DNA from: Opitutaceae bacterium
GTDB taxonomy: Bacteria; Verrucomicrobiota; Verrucomicrobiia; Opitutales; Opitutaceae
DNA length: 64,000 nt
Assembly: GCA_041649735.1 (NCBI GenBank)
Contig: JBAZMN010000001.1
Span: forward strand, 509 to 64,508
Reading direction: 5' to 3'
The notes under the pieces were generated by a model that was given only the letters and a program-made list of their open reading frames with translations, searched no databases and had not been told where the DNA came from. Both the position numbers and the translations under genes were made by a program. Every line of letters starts with the position of its first letter. Position 1 is the stretch's first letter. This document shows positions 62,754 through 64,000 of the stretch, one piece after another.

Positions 62754-63249
62754 CGTAGATCGCAAAGCACCCCGCGCCCGATCGCACGACCGGGGAAACG
62801 CGGGGGATGCTACTGTTAAGAGTGAGGCGGGCCGGAATTGCACCGGCTGGCTTCCAGCTTGGGGCACCATCGCCCTCTTCCCAGGTAAGGTTCTCTGGTG
62901 TTGCAACGCATCAAAGCCACTGAGTTGCCGTTGTGCGTGTCGCTGTCCACGCCGCCGCCTCGATGTGCCGGGGCTACGTCGGCATCGCCCCGGCTGTTGC
63001 CCTTGCGGGCCGCTCGCGTTGTAGCGGGCTGCATCCCCGTGCTCGCAGCTTTGATTTGCGAACGGATCGGCCGACCAATCCGCCGTTAGTTCGGGTATCG
63101 CACGGATAGCCCCGAACGCCATGCCTTGGATCACGCACAGCCCTGATGGATTCGGTAGAAATGCCGGGACTCTCCCCGGCTGGTCACGTCTGTTGTCAAC
63201 GGTCGCCGTGATATCCCGACGCCATGAGTACGCCTCGGTTTGCGTAAGG

Positions 63250-63299
63250 CCCGCGTTGCCGAATCGAACGGCGAATACGGCATCCGGTGCCGACGCGGG
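63250..63299 (-). ncRNA. tRNA-like minihelix inside the non-coding region
   Basis: Minus-strand parse: CCCGCGT-C-GGCA-CCGGA-TGCC-GTATT-(C)GCCG-TTCGATT-CGGC(A)-ACGCGGG. It has a perfect 7-bp closing stem and a consensus T-loop hairpin. Confidence 0.3.
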
Positions 63300-63413
63300 G
63301 AAAAACAAAAAGCACGCCGGCCGTCGGTTGAGACTCGCCAGAGTGGCCGACGGGCGCGACGTGCGTTGGTTGGTGAATGAGCGGAACATGGCGAGTCTCT
63401 CCCCTAAAGGTTT

Positions 63414-63560
63414 CTATCCTCGACGCCGAACTTGAACTAACGCCATCGGCCAGTCATGCTGGCACAACTCTTTCACGCGGTCGGCCGCGTAGAAATCATT
63501 GGCCGTGAAGTAGATGTTCCACGGCTCAAACGAGTGTCTGCGAAAGACAACTTCCCACAT
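63414..63560 (-). CDS. Small early protein (48 aa)
   Basis: ATG at 63560 after an AGGAG SD. Sequence: MWEVVFRRHSFEPWNIYFTANDFYAADRVKELCQHDWPMALVQVRRRG. Confidence 0.5.
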   Translation of the reverse strand: MWEVVFRRHSFEPWNIYFTANDFYAADRVKELCQHDWPMALVQVRRRG

Positions 63561-63589
63561 TGGCGAGTCTCCTGAAAAAGTGGTTGAGG

Positions 63590-63847
63590 CTATTTCTTGC
63601 TGGCCTTCTCGGCCGCCGCTACCTGCGTTGGGAATCGAGTTACGCCGATCGGCTTCCGGCCTCGGCACATCGCCCGCGACTCCGCTTCCTTCCAGTCCTT
63701 GATTCGCTGGAGCTTGATGAGCCGGGTGATGCAGCGATAGCACGGCTCGCAAAGCCCCCTGGCGTACTCCACTCCCTTAGAGGGGCAGTCGGGGTTAATG
63801 CAGCGGGCCGGGCGACGGGTCGGTTTCTTGGTTGGCTTGCGTTTCAT
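63590..63847 (-). CDS. Basic zinc-ribbon early protein (first gene of the early operon)
   Basis: MKRKPTKKPTRRPARCINPDCPSKG..CEPCYRC. ATG at 63847 lies downstream of the promoter; the track start at 63940 lies upstream of the -35 element. Confidence 0.55.
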   Translation of the reverse strand: MKRKPTKKPTRRPARCINPDCPSKGVEYARGLCEPCYRCITRLIKLQRIKDWKEAESRAMCRGRKPIGVTRFPTQVAAAEKASKK

Positions 63848-63880
63848 AATTCCGTCCGAATGTTCCTTTTGATGTCCGAC

Positions 63881-63932
63881 ACATGTCATAACATCGGATT
63901 CTATCAAAGTAAACTTGTGTGTCAATACATGT
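63881..63932. promoter_or_regulatory. ACATGT palindromes flanking the early promoter (operator candidates)
   Basis: ACATGT at 63881-63886 (downstream of -10) and at 63927-63932 (abutting -35), plus a tandem ATGTAT. Confidence 0.4.
63898..63925 (-). promoter_or_regulatory. Early promoter TTGACA-N16-TAGAAT
   Basis: Minus strand reads gtaTTGACAcacaagtttactttgaTAGAATccg. Plus-strand tgtcaa at 63920-63925 and attcta at 63898-63903. Confidence 0.6.
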
Positions 63933-64000
63933 TCATACATCTGTTCGTACGCAAGCCCGACATTGGCGTCGTAAGTTCTTTGTAGGAAAACACTTGTTAT

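Larger units (their letters stand above)
62695..63413 (-). ncRNA. Candidate ~0.7 kb structured non-coding RNA or leader (unclassified)
   Basis: The only long ORF (62694-63389) is Arg/Pro/Ala-rich with a single Lys. At least six GC-rich hairpins with 7-bp stems were found by eye. The region ends at the intrinsic terminator. Confidence 0.35.
1..64000. mobile_element. Temperate siphovirus-like phage / prophage genome segment
   Basis: Integrase, XRE repressor, TerS/TerL, portal, MuF, capsid, tail tube, G/GT chaperones, tape measure, RecT/exonuclease and replication genes lie in canonical modular order. No obvious host housekeeping genes are present. Confidence 0.9.

Noticed and set aside
62694-63389. 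231-aa minus-strand ORF with an SD-like GGGGAGA upstream
   Set aside because: Its composition (about 15 percent Arg, one Lys, Pro/Ala-rich) is unlike all neighbouring genes. It runs through the terminator hairpin, and other frames in the same GC-rich stretch are equally open. I treated it as non-coding, but the call is not certain and is flagged in the findings.
62695-63413. CsrB/RsmZ-like sponge RNA for the adjacent phage CsrA
   Set aside because: I counted about 9 GGA motifs on the transcribed strand by eye, which is roughly the random expectation for ~700 nt. They are not concentrated in hairpin loops.
62695-63413. tmRNA, RNase P RNA or another known large ncRNA class
   Set aside because: I could not find the RNase P GGAAAGTCC-type core, a tmRNA 5-prime GGGG / 3-prime CCA tRNA-like closure, or a tag ORF. 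Classification needs covariance-model searches.

Overview
The window is almost entirely one temperate, siphovirus-like phage or prophage. The host is probably a planctomycete, inferred from an SLA1/SHD1-type secreted protein and the GC-rich, Cys-rich gene style. The left arm (1-4.8 kb, + strand) holds a tyrosine integrase that runs off the window edge, a 5-prime fragment of a tRNA-Pro(GGG) gene flanked by GGTTCCG repeats, accessory genes (a secreted SHD1 protein, a superinfection-immunity protein, zinc-ribbon membrane proteins) and an XRE-type repressor. The remaining ~59 kb is a single uninterrupted minus-strand gene train. At least 25 of its junctions are 4-nt ATGA start/stop overlaps. Read in the direction of transcription (64 kb down to 4.8 kb) it contains: (1) a near-consensus early promoter with ACATGT operators; (2) two small regulators; (3) a ~0.7 kb hairpin-rich stretch with no credible coding ORF, ending in an intrinsic terminator; (4) a CsrA homolog; (5) an SMC-like ATPase, a PD-(D/E)XK exonuclease and RecT; (6) a replication gene carrying 12-bp iterons; (7) a C5-cytosine methyltransferase, a tRNA-like gene with an 8-nt anticodon loop and a Mom/XF1762-like GNAT protein; (8) about 25 small early ORFs; (9) TerS, TerL, portal, MuF, scaffold and major capsid; (10) a 7-kb cassette of about 16 membrane or secreted proteins plus a beta-helix spike, inserted between the head-completion and tail genes; (11) tail tube, a G/GT chaperone pair with a canonical A_AAA_AAC -1 frameshift site, and the tape measure; (12) a paralogous pair of tail-tip proteins and a 1,891-aa modular Cys/Trp-rich giant protein; (13) a late-operon amino-sugar biosynthesis and glycosyltransferase cassette. 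All functional calls rest on motif recognition by eye and gene order. No database searches were run.
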